Source: Eledone cirrhosa
Taxonomy: Eukaryota
Direction of reading: 5' to 3'
Length of the DNA: 64,000 bases
Assembly: GCA_964016885.1 (NCBI GenBank)
Contig: OZ024748.1
Coordinates: forward strand, 9,176,001 to 9,240,000
This document shows, piece by piece, positions 13,791-25,710 of this stretch (within the stretch, counting starts at the first letter, position 1; every line of letters starts with the position of its first letter). The notes under the pieces were generated by a model, which saw nothing but the letters and a program-made list of their open reading frames with translations, was not told the DNA's origin and did not search any database. The translations under genes were made by a program, and so were the position numbers.

Positions 13791-14373
13791 ACTGATATAT
13801 CGATATGCTGCAGTATGACAGAGGAAGGAATTAATCGATTAGTCCCAAATCACTTGTGAGGTAGGGATCACTGACAGGGATTGAAATATATTGACAAGGA
13901 GAGTTATTTATAAGAAACATTAAGTATGGGCTAATTCCACAATAAACATCTACAACAAAAGGTAGGAACTATAGAAGTGATTGTAAAGTGATTTATTCGG
14001 ACTGTTGACCACATCTATGGTATTGTAATCACAACGTTTTGGTCATCTCTCACCTGGGGTCGAATGATTGATTCGGTTGGAAATTCTGAGAATATTACTG
14101 TAGACTACAGATACAGGAGAAGACTAGGTTGATACCTGAAGAATAGTGGGAGTTGGATACCTGAGGAGCATGGAAGTTGGGTACCTGAGGAGTAGCGGGA
14201 CTTGGGTACCTGAAGAGTAGCGGAGGTAACGGCACACCCTGCGGTCTTGAATAAGAAAAGGACACAACAGACGTGATAGTCATGGCTGGAATACTGTTAA
14301 ATATATTTCTCTACAATGAGAGTTGAATGACTACTAAATAACCACAACAATACAAACAAAACACGTTGTGGCT

Positions 14374-14552
14374 TGGCAGTATCGGTAGAGAGTCGGACGC
14401 CATGCTATCCAGCATAGTTACGTCCCTTTACGGTCTGAGTTCAAATCCCGCCGAGGTTGACTTTGCTTTTCATCCTTACGGGGTCGATAAAATAAAGTAC
14501 CAGTAATGTACTGGGTAATTGCTGGCCTTGTGCCTAAAGTAGAAACAGTTAT
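14374..14552 (+). mobile_element. SINE family A
   Basis: high identity to 10374-10566. Confidence 0.9.
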
Positions 14553-14598
14553 TAAAATATATATGTATTATAATTATATATACATGTATATAAATATG

Positions 14599-14925
<327 letters not shown>

Positions 14926-15347
14926 CACCGGTCGAATTAACGTGACATTAAGATTATAGAGAAAATCCGTAGAGAGAGAGGAAAATGAGAGAGAGGGAAG
15001 TAAGAAAGAGGGAGGGGGGAAAGAATGAGAAAAAAAAAACAGTGAGAAAAAGTGAGGTAGAGATGACGATGATGATGATGATGGAGAGAAAGAAAGATAT
15101 CTCCACTCCTTCTGACGTTAACCGTGAAAACAATTGTGCTAAGAACATATGTAAGCTTGTAGTAACTATATAGCATCTCCGTATTGTTCTGGCAGGAAAC
15201 CTGTAGTAGATATATAGAAGTAATCTCCGTATTGTCGCTCTAGCAGGAAACTAACTTGTCACTCGACAGCTTGTATTTATTTGGCTGCAACAATTATGAA
15301 AATATAATCGGAATGAGTTGTTTCAAAATAGCTATCATATGAATATG

Positions 15348-15386
<39 letters not shown>

Positions 15387-15454
15387 CTTTATATATATGT
15401 GTGTGTGTGCTCTTCTGGTTTTACAATTTTATAAATTTTTACCAATATGTATGA

Positions 15455-15513
<59 letters not shown>

Positions 15514-15521
15514 TATATGTA

Positions 15522-15570
<49 letters not shown>

Positions 15571-15729
15571 GTAGCTAAAATAGCTAAGGGGAGATTTATA
15601 AAGACAAAGACAGCAGGGAATACAATGCTCGCCTCTTCAGCCACATTTTAACATTATGTAACAATCCGGTTTCGATACATACGGCGGTACCCACCCAAGT
15701 ATCAGTAGCTAATAAGGCACTAGCAACTG

Positions 15730-16040
15730 GCCATTCTGAGTTCAAATCCCTCCGAGGTTAACTTTGCCTTTCATCCTTATGGGGTCGATAAAGTAAAGTA
15801 CCAGTAATACACTGGGTTATTGCTGGCCTTGTGCCAAAAGTAGAAACAATTATATTATTTATGCAGTATCGGTAGAGGGTTGGACGCCATGCTTTGACGC
15901 ATTGAGTTACGGCCCTTGCCATTCTGAATTCAAATCCCGCCGAGGTTAACTTTGCCTTTCATCCTTACGGGGTCGATAAAATAAAGTACCAGTAATACAC
16001 TGGGTAATTTCTGGCCTTGTGCCAACAGTAGAAACAATTA
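15730..16040 (+). mobile_element. two head-to-tail SINE A copies
   Basis: truncated copy 15730-15856 plus near-full copy 15863-16040, both followed by attatattatttatg. Confidence 0.9.
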
Positions 16041-16779
16041 TATTATTTATGTTCATACACGGAACAAAAGCGCTACCTAAGGTTTCAAGGCCCAATATTG
16101 ACCACACCTCCAAAATACTTGAGAGATCAAAATTGTGACCTCATTCAGTCACGTATGACCATGGGATTTGCACCTAAAAAATTTCTAAGAAGCGAACTCA
16201 GAACCTCACGACTTTAAACCCGACGCTCTAACCACTAAGCCATGCGCCTTGGAATACAATATGTTGTTATATATAATACAGAATAAATATTTCATACAGG
16301 GTATTATATATAATACAGAATATATATTTCAAATAGAATACGATATATTGTATATATTTCATACAGGATATGACATATAATATAAGAATATATATTTCAT
16401 ATATGATTCAGTATTATATGATGATAAATACTGAGTTTTTAATGTTAACGACCGACAGGATTTAAGCTGTAGGAGAAATATAAATTATTTGATACTAGAA
16501 GGAATTTACTTTGTTGTTCTGTCGATGGTAAAATTCATGGCCGTTATTCCATGTAATTCAATCCTAAATACTGAAAAGAATATCTTCCTGATAATAATTA
16601 CAGTATTATTGTTACTAGATTAATTGATAGCGTGAGAGGTAAATGACATCATCTAATTTAATCTACATAAATAGTTGTCGTAGGAATTTATTTATAATTA
16701 TTTACTAATTAAGCATAAAACATGAGCTCGCATTTAGTTTGTAATGAAACATTGACGTTATTTGTATTTTCTGGTTCTG

Positions 16780-17358
16780 AGAAGCCAAACTTTTCGAGAT
16801 TCATACTGAGGCAGATAGTAATATATCCCAGAGCCCCGAAATGGTCACAGATATAGATCTAAAGAGATTTATACTGAGGTAGTTAGGGAGATATTCCAGA
16901 ACCCCTAATTATCACAGGTATAAATATAAAGATATAGTCAGGGTAGAGTATTTGAACAGTCCTCATTACTTCAGCATAAATGCTCCCCTTTTCGCTAATC
17001 TTTAGCATTATATTAACATCTGTTGGGCAGCTGACTTCCACTACTGTTTATACCTTCTCTGTCCCATATTACTATCTCTTGTATTTTATTGGGCCTTTGA
17101 CTGGAATATTCCACCAATACTCTCTCATATGTCAGCATATGTCCTTCAGATCGCTGTAACTTTTTATTTATTCTCAGGACTATCGTTTTTACGGATTGCA
17201 TTCTTTAGTGTTTTGGCCATTATATCATGCTTCATGGGTAGATAGTATCGTGAGGACATCTTTGGACAGCTGCTTAGGATGCGGGTGACATCATCGTTGT
17301 TTATTCCGTAGAGTCTGCTTCTGTTGTCACATCTAGGTGTTTTGCCTGCATCCCCAGT
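16780..17358 (-). mobile_element. decayed RLE-type LINE (R4/Dong-like): CCHC knuckle plus restriction-like endonuclease
   Basis: CDNRSRLYGINNDDVTRILSSCPKMSSRYYLPMKHD (degenerate CxxC..H..C..YxxRHD) then EIVIWDRE and VVEVSCPTDVNIMLKISEKGSIYAEVMRTVQILYPDYIFIFIPVII in shifted frames. Confidence 0.8.
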
Positions 17359-17724
17359 ACGTATGTATATGTGTGTGTATGTATGTATGAATGTATGTAC
17401 ATATGTGTGTATGTATGTAGGAATGTATGTATGTGTGTGTATGTATGAATATATGCATGAGTGTAGGAATGTATACATTTATGTGCGAGGACACGGAAAT
17501 ACTCGGTTTTGGTGCTCGAATGCGCTGTTAACCCACCAGGAGTGAGAGACCCCTAGTTCTTGTTAGGACATCATTCTAGGAGAAGGACAACTGTGATGTA
17601 AGACTTGATGGCAACCAATGATGTTGACCTGTTCTTTGTTTAGGATACCTGTCACCTTTGTTCAGAGCGAAGGATTGGTCCAGTGTAAGGCATTGCTTCA
17701 CTTTAAAAAGGCTTCAAGCACAGC

Positions 17725-17890
17725 CATCACTAAACGACTTTTATGTGTGTTGCATGTATGGCCTTTTCTTTGTTTCTTTCGCTGCAGCACATACAGAAAG
17801 GAATCTAAGTCCTTGGAAGGACTCTTTGGCTCTTTTTAGATGGCAATCCTCGAAACCAAGATGCAGCTATTATGTACGTATGTATGTATG
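17725..17890 (+). mobile_element. unclassified dispersed repeat ending in (TATG)n; second copy on the minus strand at ~39945-40110
   Basis: tcgctgcagcacatacagaaaggaatctaagtccttgg and ggcaatcctcgaaaccaagatgca both recur reverse-complemented near 40000. Confidence 0.65.
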
Positions 17891-18153
17891 TATTGGAGAT
17901 AAGTGTAAGTAGAAGTCTCCATGTGTGTATATATGTGACCACGTATAAATATGTTTATATACACTTGTAATTCTATATACCTCTGAAAGAGCGTATCATC
18001 TCTGCTGTCTTTCTTTTTTCTGTTTCTATACATACACACATACACACACACATACACACACATATATGTATATGTGTGTGTATGTGTGTTTATTTTTGTA
18101 TGTACGTGTATGTATGTATACACATGTATATGTATATATATAGAGAGAGAGAG

Positions 18154-18218
<65 letters not shown>

Positions 18219-18363
18219 CATGTATGTATATGGCTGTGTGTATTTGTCCATTATTGTTGTTTGAATTCCTTGTTTTCAATAGATCAGTGATTGAAAGACA
18301 CTAATGTTTGGTGTAACTTTTTCTTATTGCTGTTGTTGTTGGTGGTGGTTGTAGTGGTGGTGA

Positions 18364-18513
<150 letters not shown>

Positions 18514-19050
18514 CAGCAGCAGCAGTAGTAGTAGTAGTAGTAGTAGTAGGGTGGTGACCTGTCTTGTATCTGTTTTTGTAGGTTGTAGATATGTAATTGT
18601 TGTAAATGTTGTTGTTATCGTTACTGATGTTGTTGGTATTGTTGTTGCTGTTGTTTACCCCTTGTTATTGTTGTTGTCTCTAGATGTTTGTAACATTTAC
18701 TTTACCCTTGTAGCTGTTTCGTTATAACAGTTGTTGTCATAGTTGTTGTTCTTGTTGTTATTGTTGTTATACCTTTTACTGTTGTCTCTTCTTCTTCTCC
18801 TTCTGTCTCCTCCTCCTCCTCCTCCTCTTCCTCTTCCTCCTTATTCCTCCTCTTCTTCTTCCTCTTCCCCTTCAACTCCCCCTCCTCCTTCCAGTTCTTG
18901 TTAATGTGCTGATAATATTGTTTTGCCGTTGTTTTGCCGTTGTTTATAGTAAATCTATTGGAAATTTTCATTTCTATGTATGCATCTTTCTGTGTTGTTT
19001 TGATGTCATCAGCGATGTTTTTCAGCTCTTTTAGATAGATAGATAAGCAT

Positions 19051-19141
<91 letters not shown>

Positions 19142-20635
19142 TGTATGTATGTATGTATATATAGCTAGATAGATAGAGTAAAGGAGTGTAGGACAATGAA
19201 AGAGAGAATTGGAGAAAGTGAGAGAAGACAGAATTGAAAGATGGTAGATGGTAAGAAGGATAAAAAAATTGAATTTTATTAAATAAAAATTGAAGAATGA
19301 AAAGAAAAATTGATTGAAAACAACTAAGTTTAGGAGAAATAAATGAAAGGGGGGAGGTTTTGATCTAGAAAGGGAGAGAGATATAGAGAGAGAGGTGAGT
19401 AGAGGAAAGGATGAGATAGACAAAGAGGAAATGAAAGAAGTTTTGTGAAAGAAAAGAAGAAAAATTAAAATGTGAATCATTAAAAGAAATGTTACGAAAT
19501 AATGAAAATTTCTATGATATCATTTATGATTCCTTCATAGTTTCAAGTGGAAAAAAAATCTGGAAAAATATAACAAAGAAATGAAAGCCTTGTATGTAAT
19601 ATAATTTTAAAAGGCAAAATGGAAGTAGCAGACGATAAGGAGGAGGACGACGAAGACGCTGAAGAAGAAAAGAAAAAAATGCACGATATTCGAAGAATAT
19701 ACCCATATAATATAATAATCAACAATTGTAAAGAATTTACGCCAGTATTTGTCATGTTGTTTCAATTATTGCTATATGTTAAAAATTTTATTTTATCTTA
19801 TTTAAAGTTTCCAGCTAACGGTCCTCTCTGATCAATGGCGGGATGTAAGCAAAGAACGAAGCAATGACGTTGTTGTTGGAGGAATGAAGAGGGGACGGAT
19901 TGAGGGGGATAGAAGATTGTTAGTTGTTTCCTTCTTCTGGCTGGTATCGGTGGTGCTGGTAAGGATGAACTCATTTTAAATGAAATACTGTTTCATTTTT
20001 ATTTTCTATAGTAAATAAACACTGGGAAAATTATGGAAAGAAGCTAAAAAAAAAAATTGTTCATAACAAAAAGAAAAATGAAAAAAAATTCTAATGCTAA
20101 ATAATAATGGAGAAAGAAAAAGCCTAAAAAAGATACTTATATGAAAGAATTGTTGCTAAAGTTTGATTTAGATCAAATTTGAGATTTAAACTAAGTTATT
20201 TTTCGCTTTCTAAAAATGTTTGTTTATATATATATCAATCTGTAGTTAATGATGATTCTATGACAACATTCCAATTTCCATAGATTCTTGTGTGTCAGAA
20301 ATTGATGTGTATGCCGCAAATATGTCGATATCAATGTGAGTTTGTCTGTATGGCTTACTATCTATATATGTATGGTATGTTGTGTATACATGTATGAATA
20401 CAAAAGTAGATATATATTTTTTTTTTTATATATATATATGCATATAAACGAACAAGTTATATACAAACATCTGTACTAATATATATGCATGTGTATGTAT
20501 AAATGTGTGCACTGATACGTATGAATAGAACCGAGACTGCATGAATGTGTATAAATATACACACATATCTAATATGTAGGTATGTAAACATGCAAGAAAA
20601 TACGAATCTCCCTATATATTGAAAAAAAATTATAA

Positions 20636-20684
20636 ACATCTTTAATCGATTTTCGGATATTTTGGGACCCTCATCAGAAGACGT
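20636..20684 (-). ncRNA. minimal type I hammerhead ribozyme motif
   Basis: acgtctt-CTGATGA-gggt(cccaaaat)atcc-GAAA-atcga-TTA-aagatgt: 7-bp stem I, 4-bp stem II, palindromic stem III aatcgatt, UUA triplet. Confidence 0.7.
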
Positions 20685-21586
20685 GTCTATATCAACCAAT
20701 CGATGACAAGGAAACATATTTACATGCCTAGATATATTTATACACGTTAGTGCAGTATCGGTTACAATCTCTGTACTTATACAGATATAACTTTATCATA
20801 AACTTCGGCTACTGGCGTATTTCTTAATATATACAGATGTCACTCACAATCAAGTAACGTGTAAGTGGCTGAGCATTCCACAGGCTCCAGTAGTTTGAAT
20901 TTAATTATCAGGCCGAATCAGCATGACATACCATGTATGATAAGGATGACCTTTCACTTACAACTACAATCAATCCGACGGGCTTCCACGCAGTTGCTGT
21001 CTACCTAATTTCATTCCTAAGTCTTAGGTCGACTTGAAGCTATGATAAATGACACTTGACCAATGACACTTGACCAATGACACAGTGGAATCGAACCCAG
21101 AATCGAATGATTAGGAAGCAAACTTCTGAGTCACTCAGCTATGCCTGCGTTCATAGTTTACCAAAACAAAACCGCTGGGACTAGCTTAGTGAATGACGAA
21201 GTGTGGATTTTAGGAGACTGATGAAAGAATTTAGTTTTCTGGCCCAACTTATGTGTGGGAGGTGACCCTTATATTTTAGCACGATTAAGGTTACAGAAGA
21301 CAAGACTATACATATTTTAATCAGGATTATAGAGGAATCAGTTTAGGGTGTTAACTCGTCACCCACACCTCAACTATGTTATCTCATTAGATGAACATAT
21401 TTACATAACCACTCACACCTGAGAGAAATCTAATTATCATTATTGTTAACATTTCTTTTCTTTTCCCAAACCAACTAAACAGAGGTGTTACTTTTTTCCC
21501 ATGTCATTGGGAATGTTATTCCCCAAACAGAAAATATTTGGCATTCAACGGCTTTTGTAATACAACATAACTTGTATTATTACAAG

Positions 21587-21988
21587 GGAGGTGGATTGTC
21601 AGAATCGGTAGAGTGTCGGAGAAAATGCTTCGTGGCATTTATTCCGGTTCTTTACGTCCTGAGTTGAAATCCTACCAAGATCTACTTTACCTTTCAGGGT
21701 CGATAAAATAAAGTACCAGTCACGTACTGAGTACCATCTTTCCCTTCCCCACAAATTGTTGGTCTAAATCAGAAACAATTATTATTATTATTGGCAGTAT
21801 CGATAGACTATCGAACACCCCAGGCTTTATGGTCACTGAGTTCAAATCCCGCCGAGGTTAGCTTCGCTTTTAATCCTAACGAAGTCGATAAAACAAAGTA
21901 CCAGTAATGTACTGGGATCCATTTAAACGACTTTTCCTTCCCCCACCCCAAATTGCCGGCCTTGTGCCGTAAGTTGAAACAATTATTA
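21587..21988 (+). mobile_element. two older, diverged SINE A copies in tandem
   Basis: gagtt(g/c)aaatcc ... gtcgataaaa(t/c)aaagtaccagt ... gaaacaattatta twice. Confidence 0.75.
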
Positions 21989-22239
21989 CAGTCGTAAAGT
22001 TGTCATTAGTGACTTCAGGTGTTCGAATACCTGATGTAGATTCACAGCTACAACAATATATATATGGGGGGGGGGGTAATTGTTATAGAGAGGGAGATAG
22101 TTTAGGTCTAATAGATATAGAGGGGGGGTTGGAAGAGTGTGCCGTGTAGTAGATATAGAGAGGGGGAAAATCTGGTGCTAATAGATATAGAGAGGGGGAG
22201 ACTTTGGTGCTAACAGATATAGAGAGGGGGAGAGTTTAG

Positions 22240-22439
22240 NNNNNNNNNNNNNNNNNNNNNNNNNNNNNNNNNNNNNNNNNNNNNNNNNNNNNNNNNNNNN
22301 NNNNNNNNNNNNNNNNNNNNNNNNNNNNNNNNNNNNNNNNNNNNNNNNNNNNNNNNNNNNNNNNNNNNNNNNNNNNNNNNNNNNNNNNNNNNNNNNNNNN
22401 NNNNNNNNNNNNNNNNNNNNNNNNNNNNNNNNNNNNNNN
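22240..22439. other. assembly gap (200 N)
   Basis: run of n. Confidence 1.
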
Positions 22440-22458
22440 TATATATATATATATATAT

Positions 22459-22649
22459 AACGAAGGAAATGTGTTAAGGAACCAGATGGACCATAACGCA
22501 TCAAAGTACTCAATACTTAGGGTAGTAGAGTGGGTAATAGGAACGAGTAGGACCCCGACGGCTGAGCTCAAGCCGTTTCGACGGTTAATTCTGGACTAAA
22601 ATCAGAAATTTTAGTCCAGAGTTAGCCGTCGAAACGGGTTCTACTCGCT

Positions 22650-22652
<3 letters not shown>
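22459..22652 (-). mobile_element. family P fold-back element (second subfamily), in (TA)n
   Basis: matches 49296-49489; right arm partly deleted. Confidence 0.8.
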
Positions 22653-22717
<65 letters not shown>

Positions 22718-22755
22718 ATATTAATAAGTGGAAATTATATTTATAAAACCATATT

Positions 22756-22821
22756 TATTTTATTATACATATTTCAAGGGCAACCAAGGCAAATTATGGT
22801 GCGCTTTCATCAGATAAAATA
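22756..22821 (-). ncRNA. hammerhead ribozyme motif (mirror of 22958-23023)
   Basis: exact reverse complement of the plus-strand motif. Confidence 0.8.
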
Positions 22822-22957
22822 CAGATTTGTTTTATAAATAAATATTGACATACCCGGAAAAAAAGACAACCTTAACGGTTGGAGCTTCCTGGATAACAAC
22901 CGTTAAGGTTGTCTTTTTTTTCCGGGTATGTCAATATTTATTTATAAAACAAATCTG

Positions 22958-23023
22958 TATTTTATCTGATGAAAGCGCACCATAATTTGCCTTGGTTGCC
23001 CTTGAAATATGTATAATAAAATA
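22958..23023 (+). ncRNA. minimal type I hammerhead ribozyme motif
   Basis: tattttat-CTGATGA-aagcgcacca(..)tggttgccctt-GAAA-tatgt-ATA-ataaaata: 8-bp stem I, interrupted stem II, self-complementary stem III atatgtat (with G-U), AUA triplet. Confidence 0.8.
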
Positions 23024-23158
23024 AATATGGTTTTATAAATATAGTTTCCATTTATTAATATATTGTGTATTTACTCCACTAAACTGTTGAGTGCTTTATA
23101 TCAGTTATAAAAATGTTTAAGCTTGTTGAATCCCAACAAATTAAATATAACCTCTGCA

Positions 23159-23225
<67 letters not shown>

Positions 23226-23255
23226 AGATCAAAAGATGGTTAAAAGAGTTCCAAG

Positions 23256-23326
23256 TATTTTATTATGCGCATTTCAAAAACAAATATCATCATGGGATGA
23301 TATCTGCGTTCTCATCAGATAAAATA
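23256..23326 (-). ncRNA. minimal type I hammerhead ribozyme motif (family c; element ~23225-23381 in (TA)n)
   Basis: tattttat-CTGATGA-gaacgcagatatcatc(ccat)gatgatatttgttttt-GAAA-tgcgc-ATA-ataaaata: 8-bp stem I, 15/16-paired stem II, palindromic stem III atgcgcat. Confidence 0.85.
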
Positions 23327-23590
23327 GGGAGACATGATATGAAGCTTAAAAAACACTTGTGAGTAGTGAAGTTTTAAATCAATATATATATATATATGCT
23401 CTCTGACATTGTAAAACTACTGTGATTGGAAATTTACCGATTTAACGATTAAACACGGAACTGTTTTTTAACTATCTTGGTGTTGACTGTAAAATCACAT
23501 TTGACCTTTGAAATATTCTTTGCCTTTATATATATATATATATGTATATATATGTGTGTGTGTGTGTGTTGGGTTCAATCGTGGGTAACC

Positions 23591-23652
<62 letters not shown>

Positions 23653-23833
23653 ATATATATACGCTTCCGGTTCGTGTGATGTATTTTAAAACCATTGTTT
23701 GTGTGAGTAGAAAAGGAACCACAATTGTATTCTATTGTGCAAAATAGGACGAACAGAATTGATATTCTGAAAACTAATCCTCTTTAGTACAATTACATGG
23801 TAGTCACAGTTGATTCTGTTACTTTCATAGGCA

Positions 23834-23902
<69 letters not shown>

Positions 23903-23915
23903 CTCTGTACATATA

Positions 23916-24015
23916 CAGGATGTCCCCAGAAAATGTATATACACTTCAACAGCATTCTAATAAATGTTGCCTGTACAGGCAATCAAAGTTTGTATACATT
24001 TTGTGGGACACCCTG
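23916..24015. mobile_element. Tc1/mariner-type MITE (TIR cagggtgtccc..aaaatgtatac)
   Basis: TIRs; related copies at 44698-44788 and 60712-60789. Confidence 0.75.
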
Positions 24016-24020
24016 TCTAT

Positions 24021-24058
<38 letters not shown>

Positions 24059-24060
<2 letters not shown>

Positions 24061-24194
24061 CGAAGGAGTTGTGGTAAGGAACCAGATGGATCATAATGCA
24101 CCAGAGTATTCAATACTTAGGGTAGTAGAGTGGGTAATAGGAAAATGTATGACCCCGACGGCAGAGCTCAAGCCGTTTCGACGGCTATTTCTGG
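24059..24194 (-). mobile_element. family P element, single arm, in (TA)n
   Basis: near-identical to 14630-14765; ends at the hairpin centre. Confidence 0.8.
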
Positions 24195-25269
24195 ATATAT
24201 ATATATATATATTTCCCTCTTTCTCTTTCTCTCCTCCTCTCTATCTGTCCCCGTCATAAACACACTCTCCCTGTCTCCACATCTCTCAGGCATCCCTTTT
24301 ATCTTCTTCTCTCTCTCTCTCCCTTCTCTCTCTCTCCCTTCTCTCTCTCCCTCCCACACACACACTACCCCCACCCCACCATGTAGGAAATGGTCGTTGT
24401 TGCTGTCTCAGTTTGAGCAATGTTGTTATTGTTGTGGTAGCCAGACAAACTTGAGACTTGAGCTGTCTAGACTGAGCTGTCCTCTGAAAATACCACAAAA
24501 TCTTGGCTTCTGACCAACAGCCAAAGAACGAACAAAGAACTCGATAGACTTGAGATTACAGTATAGTGAGGACAATAGAGACGATAATAGACTGAGTAAC
24601 ACCATCATATATGTTTGTTACTACTCACTTCATTTCACCGCAATAGGTAATATTAGTATTGATCTGCTATAGATGAAGTAAAAATATTCGATATGACGAA
24701 GATAAAATTATTTAGAAATAACTTTCGACAGGCAAACATTATGAAGGTATTTCAAATAGATTATTCATTTTAAAAGACGAAATTATTTATTTTAAAAAAT
24801 AAATAAACGTAAAACAAATCAGTTGCGACAAGCCTATCTGTGGTTCCACTTGGAATAATGTTGACTTGGTTCCAGTTTGCTAAAAGGTTTCAGTTTAATT
24901 TGGACAAACTTGTCAAAACTAATTAAACATATTAAAAATTGAGAGGCTGGAGTTCCTGAAATTTTTAGTAAACATCCCTACACTTTAGAAGGTAACAATT
25001 AGCCATATTATTTAGCTACTCTTTAAATATTTTCTTTTCACAATTTTGTACATGGAGGATTCTCAAGTCTTTAAGTGTCACGCAAGAATGATTTTTTCTT
25101 GTGCATACATTGGTACATTGGGGTGGGGGTCTAATAATCTTTATCTTCTCATATTCATTTCTATATAACAGATGAATCAACATTTAACTACGTAACAGAA
25201 ATAATCCTATGTTTGTTCTATGTCTCTCTTCAGTTTTCAGCCAATAATAGGCAGAAAGGGATCTCACTC

Positions 25270-25710
25270 AGAACTGGATTTAATAGGAGACAAATGGAGC
25301 AATTGCCCCGGGAACCCTGCAGCGGGCGGAGGGCTACAGGCGAGTTAAGTAATAAAATTTCGTCTGCAAATTCCAGCCGACTGATCTTACATTCGCCAGC
25401 CACGATACCACTTCCAACCCGACTGCGCATGTCAATCCTGACCATGAGGATTATGAACTGGGGAGGGGATAATATGCTTTTACGAGGTCTACCAAACAAG
25501 CATACACATCTTGGCAATACCCCCACGATTTCTCAAAGACCTGCCGCGGTGTAAATATTTGATTGGTTGTGCTGCGCCCGAAGCGAAATCCACACTGTTC
25601 GTCAGCCATCTTGAACTCTACAATAAACCTATATCTCATTGTCAAATACTTTGTATAGATTTTATTGGGGAGGCTCGATAACTAGAGTTATCTCTCTTGC
25701 CTCTCTTTTT
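25270..25710 (-). mobile_element. RTE-clade LINE reverse transcriptase remnant (internally deleted)
   Basis: DEQCGFRFGRSTTNQIFTPRQVFEKSWGYCQDVYACLVDLVKAY joined to ILSPPQFIILM..KISRLEFADEILLL (QxGFR, FVDLxKAYD, LSPxLF, LLFADD motifs). Confidence 0.9.

Larger units (their letters stand above)
22713..23158 (+). mobile_element. fold-back Penelope-like-derived element, family b: ~170-bp inverted repeat plus 92-bp tail, in (TA)n
   Basis: arms 22713-22881 and 22897-23066 with 2 substitutions and 1 indel seen; tail has TTGAGTGC at 23087. Confidence 0.85.
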
